Shown here piece after piece: positions 17,268 to 24,463 of a stretch of 59,866 bases of DNA. The notes beneath the pieces are model-generated. The model had not been told where the DNA came from. It was given only the letters and a program-made list of their open reading frames with translations, and made no database searches. Numbering within the stretch: the stretch's first letter is position 1; every line of letters begins with the position of its first letter. The stretch is from an uncultured candidatus Brocadiaceae bacterium (GTDB taxonomy: Bacteria; Planctomycetota; Brocadiia; SM23-32). Both the position numbers and the translations under genes were made by a program. The stretch is taken from NCBI GenBank assembly GCA_964572825.1, contig CAZNGS010000020.1:1-59866 (forward strand), in the 5' to 3' direction.

Positions 17268-18620
17268 ATGGTGGATCAGGAGGCACCCGAACACGCCGCA
17301 TCCCGCCCCTGCCATAACTGCGGCGAGACCGCGCCGGCGACCGCCACCTACTGCACTCGATGCGGAGCCGAGATTGAGCCCGAAATCCTCCTGGAGGTGG
17401 AGACCGGCCGGCAGCACGTGCGGGACCATGCCTCCCAGCTTCGGTTCCGGCTGAGCGGCAACGTGGAGCCGGGCTGCGGCGCGGCCCTGGAGGCCGTGCT
17501 CAGCGGAGGCCCCGGCGAGATCGAACAGCGGGCCCCGGAACGGCGGCAGACCGGTCGGCTGGACGGAAAGGGCGGGCAGGCCATCTTCGCATTCCGATTC
17601 CGCCCGCTGGTGGCGGGCGAGTTTCCCCTGGACCGCCTGCGCCTCAGCCTCCTCCGTGCGGACAAACCGGATGCGGCGCACCGCTACGACCTTCCCGATC
17701 GCAGCTTCTTCGTGCGCGTGGCCGACCCCGAACTGGAGGGCCGCCAGCAGGCCGGCATCCGCATCGAGGGCGGCATTCACGTAAACGTCCAGGACATCCT
17801 CGCCAGCGACATGGGCAGCCTGTTCGACATACGCACGGCAGACAAGGCACAGCAGGGCCGCGCCGACACCGGGTGGCAGCCCATCGAACTCCGCTTTACG
17901 GGGACAACGGATGCGGCCCCCTGCCAGGCGGAGGGGTGCGACGGCCCCGCAGCCGCCGATGAGGCATTCACCTGCGCGCACTGTTCACGCACGCTCTGCC
18001 CTTCCCACGCGGACCCCGCCCGGCCGGGCCACTGCACCGCGTGCGCCGAGCAGGCCCGGGAGGAGGAGTTCGCGGAGGCCATCTCTGCCGTCGGCGCGCA
18101 GCCACGGCCCGACCCGGCGTCGGCCGTGCTGGGTAAGACCACCCACGCGAAGCCGCCCTTCCGCGCCCGCATCTGGACCGAAGGGGGCGGCGGCCCCGCC
18201 CGGAGGGACCTGGCGGCCGTCCCCCGCCGGAGCAAAGGGGTGTTCCGGATCGGCGATTCGTTCGCCCTGAACGCCCAGTCGGAGAGAGACTGCTACCTGA
18301 CCCTTGTGGACGTCGGCACCAGCGGCAACGTTTACCTGCTGCTGCAGAATCATCCGCTCCGGGCCGGCGCGCCGGTCAGCCTCTCCGGCCCGGACAAAAG
18401 CAAGCGGTGGCTGGTGAACGGCCCGCCCGGCGTGGAGCGCATCAAGGCGTTCTTCACCCTCCGGCCGGTCTCTCTGGTTCCGGAGAAGCGATCTTTCGCG
18501 CAGCTCTCCCCGGAGGAGACGCGCGAGATCAGCCGACACGTTTCAGCGACTCGCGGCCGGCTCGGGGAACTGCCCGCCGAGGCATGGACCGACGCAACCT
18601 GCGAGTTCGTCATCAAGTAA
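17268..18620 (+). CDS. Zinc-ribbon protein with a conserved central domain of unknown function and a C-terminal DUF4384-like domain.
   Basis: The N-terminus has CHNCG...YCTRCG. The central ~190 aa are paralogous to the N-terminal half of the gene at 18828-20213. The C-terminus CYLTLVDVGTSGNVYLLLQNHP...KAFFTL matches the DUF4384 pattern. Confidence 0.6.
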   Translation: MVDQEAPEHAASRPCHNCGETAPATATYCTRCGAEIEPEILLEVETGRQHVRDHASQLRFRLSGNVEPGCGAALEAVLSGGPGEIEQRAPERRQTGRLDGKGGQAIFAFRFRPLVAGEFPLDRLRLSLLRADKPDAAHRYDLPDRSFFVRVADPELEGRQQAGIRIEGGIHVNVQDILASDMGSLFDIRTADKAQQGRADTGWQPIELRFTGTTDAAPCQAEGCDGPAAADEAFTCAHCSRTLCPSHADPARPGHCTACAEQAREEEFAEAISAVGAQPRPDPASAVLGKTTHAKPPFRARIWTEGGGGPARRDLAAVPRRSKGVFRIGDSFALNAQSERDCYLTLVDVGTSGNVYLLLQNHPLRAGAPVSLSGPDKSKRWLVNGPPGVERIKAFFTLRPVSLVPEKRSFAQLSPEETREISRHVSATRGRLGELPAEAWTDATCEFVIK

Positions 18621-18797
18621 GAGCCTCTAACATAATGCCGCCCGTCATGAGGTCGAGCGAGAAGCCCGAGGGCAAGGCGGCAGGCGCAAAACGCCCGGAG
18701 GCGTGGCCTGAGCCACGTCGAGGACGTTTTGCGCCGACAACGCAGCCATTGGGGCTTCGCAGCCGGCCGCAATAGGTCGTCATTCTGTTAGAGGGTC
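18621..18797. repeat. A 177-bp intergenic element flanked by imperfect 17-bp inverted repeats and containing a nested GC-rich hairpin.
   Basis: Left end GAGCCTCTAACATAATG and right end CATTCTGTTAGAGGGTC match as reverse complements at 15 of 17 positions. An internal hairpin runs GGCGCAAAACG...CGTTTTGCGCC (18683-18735) with an inner stem CGTGG/CCACG. Confidence 0.4.
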
Positions 18798-18827
18798 TAA
18801 GTCGCTCGGACAGACACGGAAGCAATC

Positions 18828-20213
18828 ATGGCACGGACATGCGACAGGTGCGGCCAACCGGCGAGGGAAGGAGACCGCTTCTGCCGGTCCTGCGGGGAGG
18901 AGCTGGCGCCGGCGGTGGTGCTGGAGGTGGAGACGGGCCGCACCCACGTGCAGGGCCACGCCTCGCAACTCCGCTTCCGGGCCACCAGCAACTGCAGCTT
19001 CCCCTGCGGCGTAACCCTGTCGGTCCTGCTGCACGGCCGGGGAGACCACGTGGAGCAGCCGGCGCAAGAGCGCGAGCAGTGCTGCCAGTTCCAGCGCCGC
19101 GGCGAGCAGTTCATCTTCAGCTTCCCGTTCCGCGGGCTCATCCCCGGCGAGTTCCCACTCGACAACCTGAGCATGACGGTCACCCGACCGGACCGGCCGG
19201 GGGAGGCGTTCATCTATGAACTGCCGGACCGCAGCCTGTTCGTGCAGGTGGCGGACCCCGAGCTGGAGCATTCGGGAAGCGGCATGTCCATCAGCGGCGG
19301 CATCCACCTGGACCTCTCGCACCTGCGGGAGATATACGGCAGCGACGTGACGGACCTGTTGAGGCTCAGCTCCGATGCCACGCCCGAACACCCGCAGCAG
19401 GAGCGGGGCTGGCAGCCCATACGCCTGCGGCTGGCCGAGCGGGTCGAGGGCGGCCTGATGCCCGGTGAGCTGGTGGTGCGCCTGCCCGGGGACGTGCCCC
19501 TGGAGCTGGTGCGGGTCGGGCCAGGCCGTTTCACCATGGGCAGTCCGCCGGACCGGGGTCGAGAGGACGAACGCCCCGCCCATCCCGTGAGCATCACCTG
19601 CGATTTCTACATCGGCAGGTTCCCCGTTACCCAGCAGCAGTACGAGGCCCTGGCGGGCGAGAATCCCTCCGCCAGACCGGGTCCCCGGCGGCCGGTGGAA
19701 CGCGTTTCCTGGCAGCAGGCCGTCGAGTACTGCCGGGCCCTCCGCGCGTATCTGGGCCGCAGCCCGGACGCCCTGGAGGAAGGGTCAGTTGAAGTGGAGG
19801 AGGTGGACCTGCCAACGGAGGCGGAGTGGGAATACGCCTGCCGCGCGGGCTCGGACACGGCCTACTGCTTCGGGGACGACCGCACACTGCTTCGCGACTA
19901 CGGCTGGTACGACAAGAACTCCGATCATGAAACCCATCCGGTGGGCGAGCTCAAGCCCAACGCCTGGGGCCTGCACGACGTGCACGGAAACGTGTGGGAA
20001 TGGTGCAGGGATTACTACGCCCCGGATTATTACACGACGGAGGCCGCCGAGGACCCGCAAGGGCCCGAGACCGGCGAGAGGCGCGTGCTGCGGGGCGGCT
20101 CGTGGAGCTATTATGCCCGCGACTGCCGCTCGGGCCGGCGTCACAGCGCGCTGCCGACGGACCGAACGCCGAACTACGGCTTCCGGGTCGTGGCGCGTGT
20201 TTTGCAGAGTTGA
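18828..20213 (+). CDS. Zinc-ribbon protein with the conserved paralogous domain fused to a C-terminal FGE-sulfatase (SUMF1/formylglycine-generating-enzyme-like) domain.
   Basis: The N-terminus has CDRCG...FCRSCG. The segment [21 protein letters not shown]...[12 protein letters not shown]...[16 protein letters not shown]...[10 protein letters not shown] is paralogous to the 17268-18620 gene. The FGE domain has RFTMGSP...[14 protein letters not shown]...[13 protein letters not shown]...[24 protein letters not shown]...VLRGGSW. Confidence 0.75.
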   Translation: MARTCDRCGQPAREGDRFCRSCGEELAPAVVLEVETGRTHVQGHASQLRFRATSNCSFPCGVTLSVLLHGRGDHVEQPAQEREQCCQFQRRGEQFIFSFPFRGLIPGEFPLDNLSMTVTRPDRPGEAFIYELPDRSLFVQVADPELEHSGSGMSISGGIHLDLSHLREIYGSDVTDLLRLSSDATPEHPQQERGWQPIRLRLAERVEGGLMPGELVVRLPGDVPLELVRVGPGRFTMGSPPDRGREDERPAHPVSITCDFYIGRFPVTQQQYEALAGENPSARPGPRRPVERVSWQQAVEYCRALRAYLGRSPDALEEGSVEVEEVDLPTEAEWEYACRAGSDTAYCFGDDRTLLRDYGWYDKNSDHETHPVGELKPNAWGLHDVHGNVWEWCRDYYAPDYYTTEAAEDPQGPETGERRVLRGGSWSYYARDCRSGRRHSALPTDRTPNYGFRVVARVLQS

Positions 20214-20226
20214 ACATGGAGACTGA

Positions 20227-21324
20227 TTGATGCGCTGTGAGCATTGTGGCGCAGAGGTGTCTTCGGAGGATCGGTTCTGCCCCCGGTGCGGTCGGCGGGT
20301 CGAGGCCGGCGGCGACATCCTGGATGAAGTTAACGGCGAACTGGCTGAAATGGAGGCGGAGCTGGATTCCTACCTGGAGCAGGCAGTCGGCCCGCTGGAC
20401 GTCGAGGTGGACCCGGATGCCCGGGAAGATCAGCCCCGGCGGGCGAAGCCCCGGGCCGCGCGGGCCGAGCTGGTCCATCAGCAGGAATGGCTGGCCCTGC
20501 TGGACGTGCCGCCCGAGCAGGTGAGGCAGTCGGCGAACTTTGTGTTCGACTCGCCCTCCATCCAGGGCAATTCCCAGTACGCGGAGCGCGTCGCGCGGAT
20601 CGACTTCGTCTACACGCCGGACCACGACGAGGTGAACGCCTTCGCCACGGACGATCCGGCCGCTCTGCCGCCGGACGTGTCGGCCACGGTGCCGGCGGTG
20701 GTCTACCGGGCAGGCCTGGCGCGGGCCATCCGGGTCGTCTCCCTGGCGCTGGCCGGCCACCTGCGGGCAAGCCGCGGGCAATCGTCCGATGCGGAGCCGG
20801 CGGTCCTCGTGCAGACCTTCCGCGAGGTGGGTGCAGAGATCGTCCGCCTGGAGGGCGGTTTCCCGCGGGAATCGGCCGGTCGGATCTGCCGGGACGTGGT
20901 GGCGCCGCTTCTGCCCGACGACGCGTCGGCCCACCTGTCCCGGGCCCGGTCGTGCTCGGCCGCCATGGACATGTACGTGGTCGCACACGAGGCGGGGCAC
21001 GTTGCCCTGGGACACACGCTCAGCGACGCGTTGAACTACGATATGTCACGCAACCAGGAGCGGGAGGCGGACAGCTTCGCCGCGACGGCGCTCTCCACGT
21101 GCCCCTTCAGCCAGTACATGTTCCTGGGTCACGCGCTGGTGGCCGCCGTTTTTGCCTGGACCGATCACGCCGCTGCACTGGCTGAGGAATCCACGCATCC
21201 GCTGGGACGGGAGCGATTTGCCAACGCCCTGACCTGCAACCGGGAGGCGGCCCGGGAAGCGGCGGAAGAGTTCGGCCTGACCCGAGAGCGTCTCCGGCGG
21301 ATGCTGCCGCCGGAGGAGAGGTGA
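20227..21324 (+). CDS. Zinc-ribbon protein with a C-terminal ImmA/IrrE-family-like (HEXXH...E) zinc metallopeptidase domain.
   Basis: The N-terminus has CEHCG...FCPRCG. The C-terminus VAHEAGHVALGH...NQEREADSFAATAL matches the HExxH plus downstream EAD motif of ImmA/IrrE (COG2856)-type peptidases. Confidence 0.55.
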   Translation: MMRCEHCGAEVSSEDRFCPRCGRRVEAGGDILDEVNGELAEMEAELDSYLEQAVGPLDVEVDPDAREDQPRRAKPRAARAELVHQQEWLALLDVPPEQVRQSANFVFDSPSIQGNSQYAERVARIDFVYTPDHDEVNAFATDDPAALPPDVSATVPAVVYRAGLARAIRVVSLALAGHLRASRGQSSDAEPAVLVQTFREVGAEIVRLEGGFPRESAGRICRDVVAPLLPDDASAHLSRARSCSAAMDMYVVAHEAGHVALGHTLSDALNYDMSRNQEREADSFAATALSTCPFSQYMFLGHALVAAVFAWTDHAAALAEESTHPLGRERFANALTCNREAAREAAEEFGLTRERLRRMLPPEER

Positions 21325-21388
21325 AAGACCTCCATCAATATCCGAAAGAGGCCCGGAGACTTACCGCAGGAACGGAAGGGCGCAGACC

Positions 21389-22768
21389 ATGAGTGTAGTG
21401 CTCGAGGTGACCAGAGGTCGGCACGCGGGCAGGGAGTTCAAGCTCGACGGCCACGAGACCTTCATGGTAGGGCGGGGGAACAAGGTGCAGTTTCGTATTC
21501 TGGGCGACCGCTTCTTCTCGCGCTATCACTTCATGATCGAGGCCAACCCCCCCGAGTGCTTCCTGCGCGACCTGGGCAGCACGAACGGGACCTTCGTCAA
21601 CGGCCGCCGGGTGCGCCAGGTCCACCTGAGCGACGGGGACCGGATAAGGGGCGGCAAGACGGAGCTGGTTGTCCACGTGCGTGAGGAACCGGCCGAGGCG
21701 GCCGCATCGGAACCAGCACCCGGGCCGGCGGCCGTCGGCGCGCCGGACATGGGCACCACTTTCTCGGCCCGGGCCCCCGACAGGGGCGCGGGCAAAGAAC
21801 TGCATTGCGCCATCTGCGGCAGGATCGCCGAGGAGACGCGCCTGGGCGACCTGGAGGACACGCGCTTGATCAGCTATGTGTGCGAGGACTGTCACCACGA
21901 GAACCGGGACGAGACGCATCCCATCCCCACCTTCGAGGTGCTCGACGAACTGGGAAGGGGCTCCCTGGGGCCCGTCTACAAGGCCAGACGCCTCAACACC
22001 GACAAGCTGGTGGCCCTGAAGGTCGTCCCGCCCCGCCTGGGCGTCAACCCCCGGGCCGTAAAGCTGTTCCTGCGCGTGATGCAGCTCAGCGGCGGCCTCG
22101 ACCATCCCAACATCGTGCCGCTGGTCGAGATGGGCGAGTCGGGCGGCGAGCTGTGGATCGCCACGGAGTATGTCGACGGCGTGGACGCGGGGGAACTCAC
22201 CGCTCGCCGGGGTGGCACGCTTCCCCCGGCGGAGGCGGTGGACATCACCTGTCAGGTTCTGGACGCGCTGCACTACGCCCACCGGCTCAATCTGGTCCAC
22301 CGCGACGTGAAACCCACCAACGTCCTGGTCACCGGCGAGCCGGGGGACTACGACGCCAGGCTGGGCGATTTCGCCCTGATGAAAAACATCGACGAGGCCG
22401 GCCTCAGCGGCATCACGCGCAGCGGTGAGGTGCGGGGCACCGTGCCTTTCATGCCGCCGGAGCAGATCATCGACTGCCGCTTCGTCAAACCCGCCGGTGA
22501 CATCTACCAGGTCGGCGCCACGCTCTACTGGCTGCTGACGGGCGAGTATGCGCACGACTTCGAGGCCCGGGACAAACGCGGGGAGGTCAAGGACCCCTTC
22601 CTGGTCATTCTGGAGGACCCGGTGGTGCCCGTTGGCGAGCGGGAACCATCGGTCCCGCAAGCTCTGGCGCGGGTGGTCGAGACGGCGCTGGCGCGCGCGC
22701 CCGAGGATCGGTTCGAATCCGCCGGCGAGATGAAAGCCACGCTGCGGAAGGCCCTCGGCTCAGGGTGA
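21389..22768 (+). CDS. FHA-domain Ser/Thr protein kinase.
   Basis: An N-terminal FHA domain (FMVGRGNKVQFRILGDRFFSRYHFMIE...GSTNGTFVNGRRV) precedes a Cys-rich segment CAICG...CEDCHHE. A Hanks kinase follows (LGRGSLGPVYKA, ALKVV, HRDVKPTNVLV, DFAL). Confidence 0.8.
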   Translation: MSVVLEVTRGRHAGREFKLDGHETFMVGRGNKVQFRILGDRFFSRYHFMIEANPPECFLRDLGSTNGTFVNGRRVRQVHLSDGDRIRGGKTELVVHVREEPAEAAASEPAPGPAAVGAPDMGTTFSARAPDRGAGKELHCAICGRIAEETRLGDLEDTRLISYVCEDCHHENRDETHPIPTFEVLDELGRGSLGPVYKARRLNTDKLVALKVVPPRLGVNPRAVKLFLRVMQLSGGLDHPNIVPLVEMGESGGELWIATEYVDGVDAGELTARRGGTLPPAEAVDITCQVLDALHYAHRLNLVHRDVKPTNVLVTGEPGDYDARLGDFALMKNIDEAGLSGITRSGEVRGTVPFMPPEQIIDCRFVKPAGDIYQVGATLYWLLTGEYAHDFEARDKRGEVKDPFLVILEDPVVPVGEREPSVPQALARVVETALARAPEDRFESAGEMKATLRKALGSG

Positions 22769-24460
22769 GAGCTGGACCGCCCCCAAGCTGTCCACCTCCG
22801 ACCGCTTGCCGGGGTCCATCTGAATGGCCTGCGCGAACTCGGCCTGCGCCTCCTGCGCCAATCCCAGCGCGTGGCACAGCAGGCCCAGGTCCAGGTGGTC
22901 GTCGGCAGAAAGATCGCTCAGGCATGCCAGATAGATGTTGTACACGTCCTGGGCCGCAAAGCTGTCCCAGGAGCGCCTGTGATCCGTGCCCGTCACGTCG
23001 GCGATGGTCACTGAATCCCGTTCGATCGAGACCAGCGTCGGCTGCTGGCCGCTCTGCAGGGCGACCGGCCGCCATGCTCCCTCTTTGAGGCCCTGGGCGG
23101 CGCGGTTGCGCAGGTCGAGCAGCCGCTGTGCCATCTCCTGACGGGCCGCCCCCGCGCCTGCGGACTGATAGCTGGCCGCCGCCTCCTCGAAACAGCACGC
23201 GGCCAGGAACCGGTCCCCCTCGGCCACCGTTGCTCCATCGTCGGGCTCATCGGGGGGCGGCTCAGACGGCTCCTCCTCGCCGGCCGCCCGCGACTCGGCG
23301 ATACTCGTCAGCCTCTGCTCCAAAGCTTCCTTCCAACGGGTGGGCGGGGGCGGGTTCTGCGCCAACACTTCCCGGCAGCGATCCTCGGCCCGGTCCAGCC
23401 GCTGGTCGGCGATCAACTGGTCGATTTCCGCCAGGACATCCGAAAACTCCGGTCCCGGCGGTGGCTCCACTGGCGGTTCCACCGGCGGAGGAGGGTTAGG
23501 CCGATCCGGGGGCTCCTCCCGGGGGAAAGACGCCCAGAGGGTTGCGGCGACCACTATGAGCATGCCGAAGAGTCCCGCGGCCAGCAGCGGTTTGCGACGG
23601 CGCACCGCGCTGAAGGCCCGGGTGATGCGGCTCTCGCGCCGGGCCGTTACCGGCTCCCCCGCCAGAAACGCCTCCAGGTCCGCCGCCATTGCCGCTGCAG
23701 TGGGGTATCTGTCCTCGGGCGCCTTCCGCATGGCCTGCCGGCAGGTGGCCTGCAGGTCCGCCGGCGCCTCGGGGGTGAGCTCGGCCAGGGGTGGTGGCTC
23801 GCGGTGGCGGACCTTGAACATCACCACGGTGGCTGACCCCTTGAACGGGGCCCGCCCGGCCAGGAGGGCGTAGAGGATACCTCCCAGCGCAAAGATGTCG
23901 CTCCTGGCGTCCAGCGCCCTGCCCTCCACTTGTTCGGGTGACATGTAGCTGGGCGTGCCGATGATCTCCTCCCCCATGGTCAGCCGGATGTCGGCCACCA
24001 CGTCCTTGGCCAGGCCGAAGTCCATCACCACCGGCTGGCCGTCGGGATCCATGATCACGTTGGAGGGCTTCAGGTCCCGGTGGATGATGCCGTGTTCGTG
24101 GGCGTGCTCGACGGCGCGGGCGATGCCGATCAGCCAGCGTGCCGCCACCTGGGGATCAGGGGTGCCCTCGCGGATGATCTCCTGCAGCGTCCGGCCCTGC
24201 AGGTAATCCATGGCCAGGAAGGGCACTCCCCTGACCTCGCCGACCTCGTGGACGCTGACGATATTGCGGTGGCGCAGCCGGGCCATGGAGCGGGCCTCCA
24301 CCATGAAGCGCTGCCGGGCCGCTTTGGAGGTAACGCCGCTGGCCGTGAGCATCTTCAGGGCGGCGATCTGGCCGGACTCGAGGTGGCGGGCCTTATAGAC
24401 GGCCCCCATACCGCCGCGGCCCAGCCGGTCGAGTATCTCGTAGTCTCCGAACTCCGCCAT
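22760..24460 (-). CDS. Ser/Thr protein kinase with a TM segment, a Pro-rich linker and a C-terminal domain.
   Basis: The N-terminus has YEILDRLGRGGMGAVYKA, ALKML, HRDLKPSNVIMD, DFGLAK and a predicted TM helix (LLAAGLFGMLIVVAATLW). A proline-rich region and a helical C-terminal domain follow. Confidence 0.8.
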   Translation of the reverse strand: MAEFGDYEILDRLGRGGMGAVYKARHLESGQIAALKMLTASGVTSKAARQRFMVEARSMARLRHRNIVSVHEVGEVRGVPFLAMDYLQGRTLQEIIREGTPDPQVAARWLIGIARAVEHAHEHGIIHRDLKPSNVIMDPDGQPVVMDFGLAKDVVADIRLTMGEEIIGTPSYMSPEQVEGRALDARSDIFALGGILYALLAGRAPFKGSATVVMFKVRHREPPPLAELTPEAPADLQATCRQAMRKAPEDRYPTAAAMAADLEAFLAGEPVTARRESRITRAFSAVRRRKPLLAAGLFGMLIVVAATLWASFPREEPPDRPNPPPPVEPPVEPPPGPEFSDVLAEIDQLIADQRLDRAEDRCREVLAQNPPPPTRWKEALEQRLTSIAESRAAGEEEPSEPPPDEPDDGATVAEGDRFLAACCFEEAAASYQSAGAGAARQEMAQRLLDLRNRAAQGLKEGAWRPVALQSGQQPTLVSIERDSVTIADVTGTDHRRSWDSFAAQDVYNIYLACLSDLSADDHLDLGLLCHALGLAQEAQAEFAQAIQMDPGKRSEVDSLGAVQLSP

Positions 24461-24463
24461 GGG

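Noticed and set aside
18683-18735. GC-rich hairpin considered as an intrinsic terminator after the ZnR-DUF4384 gene.
   Set aside because: No U-tract follows the stem (the downstream sequence is GCCGACAACGCAG), so it does not fit the rho-independent terminator model. It is reported instead as part of the IR-flanked element.
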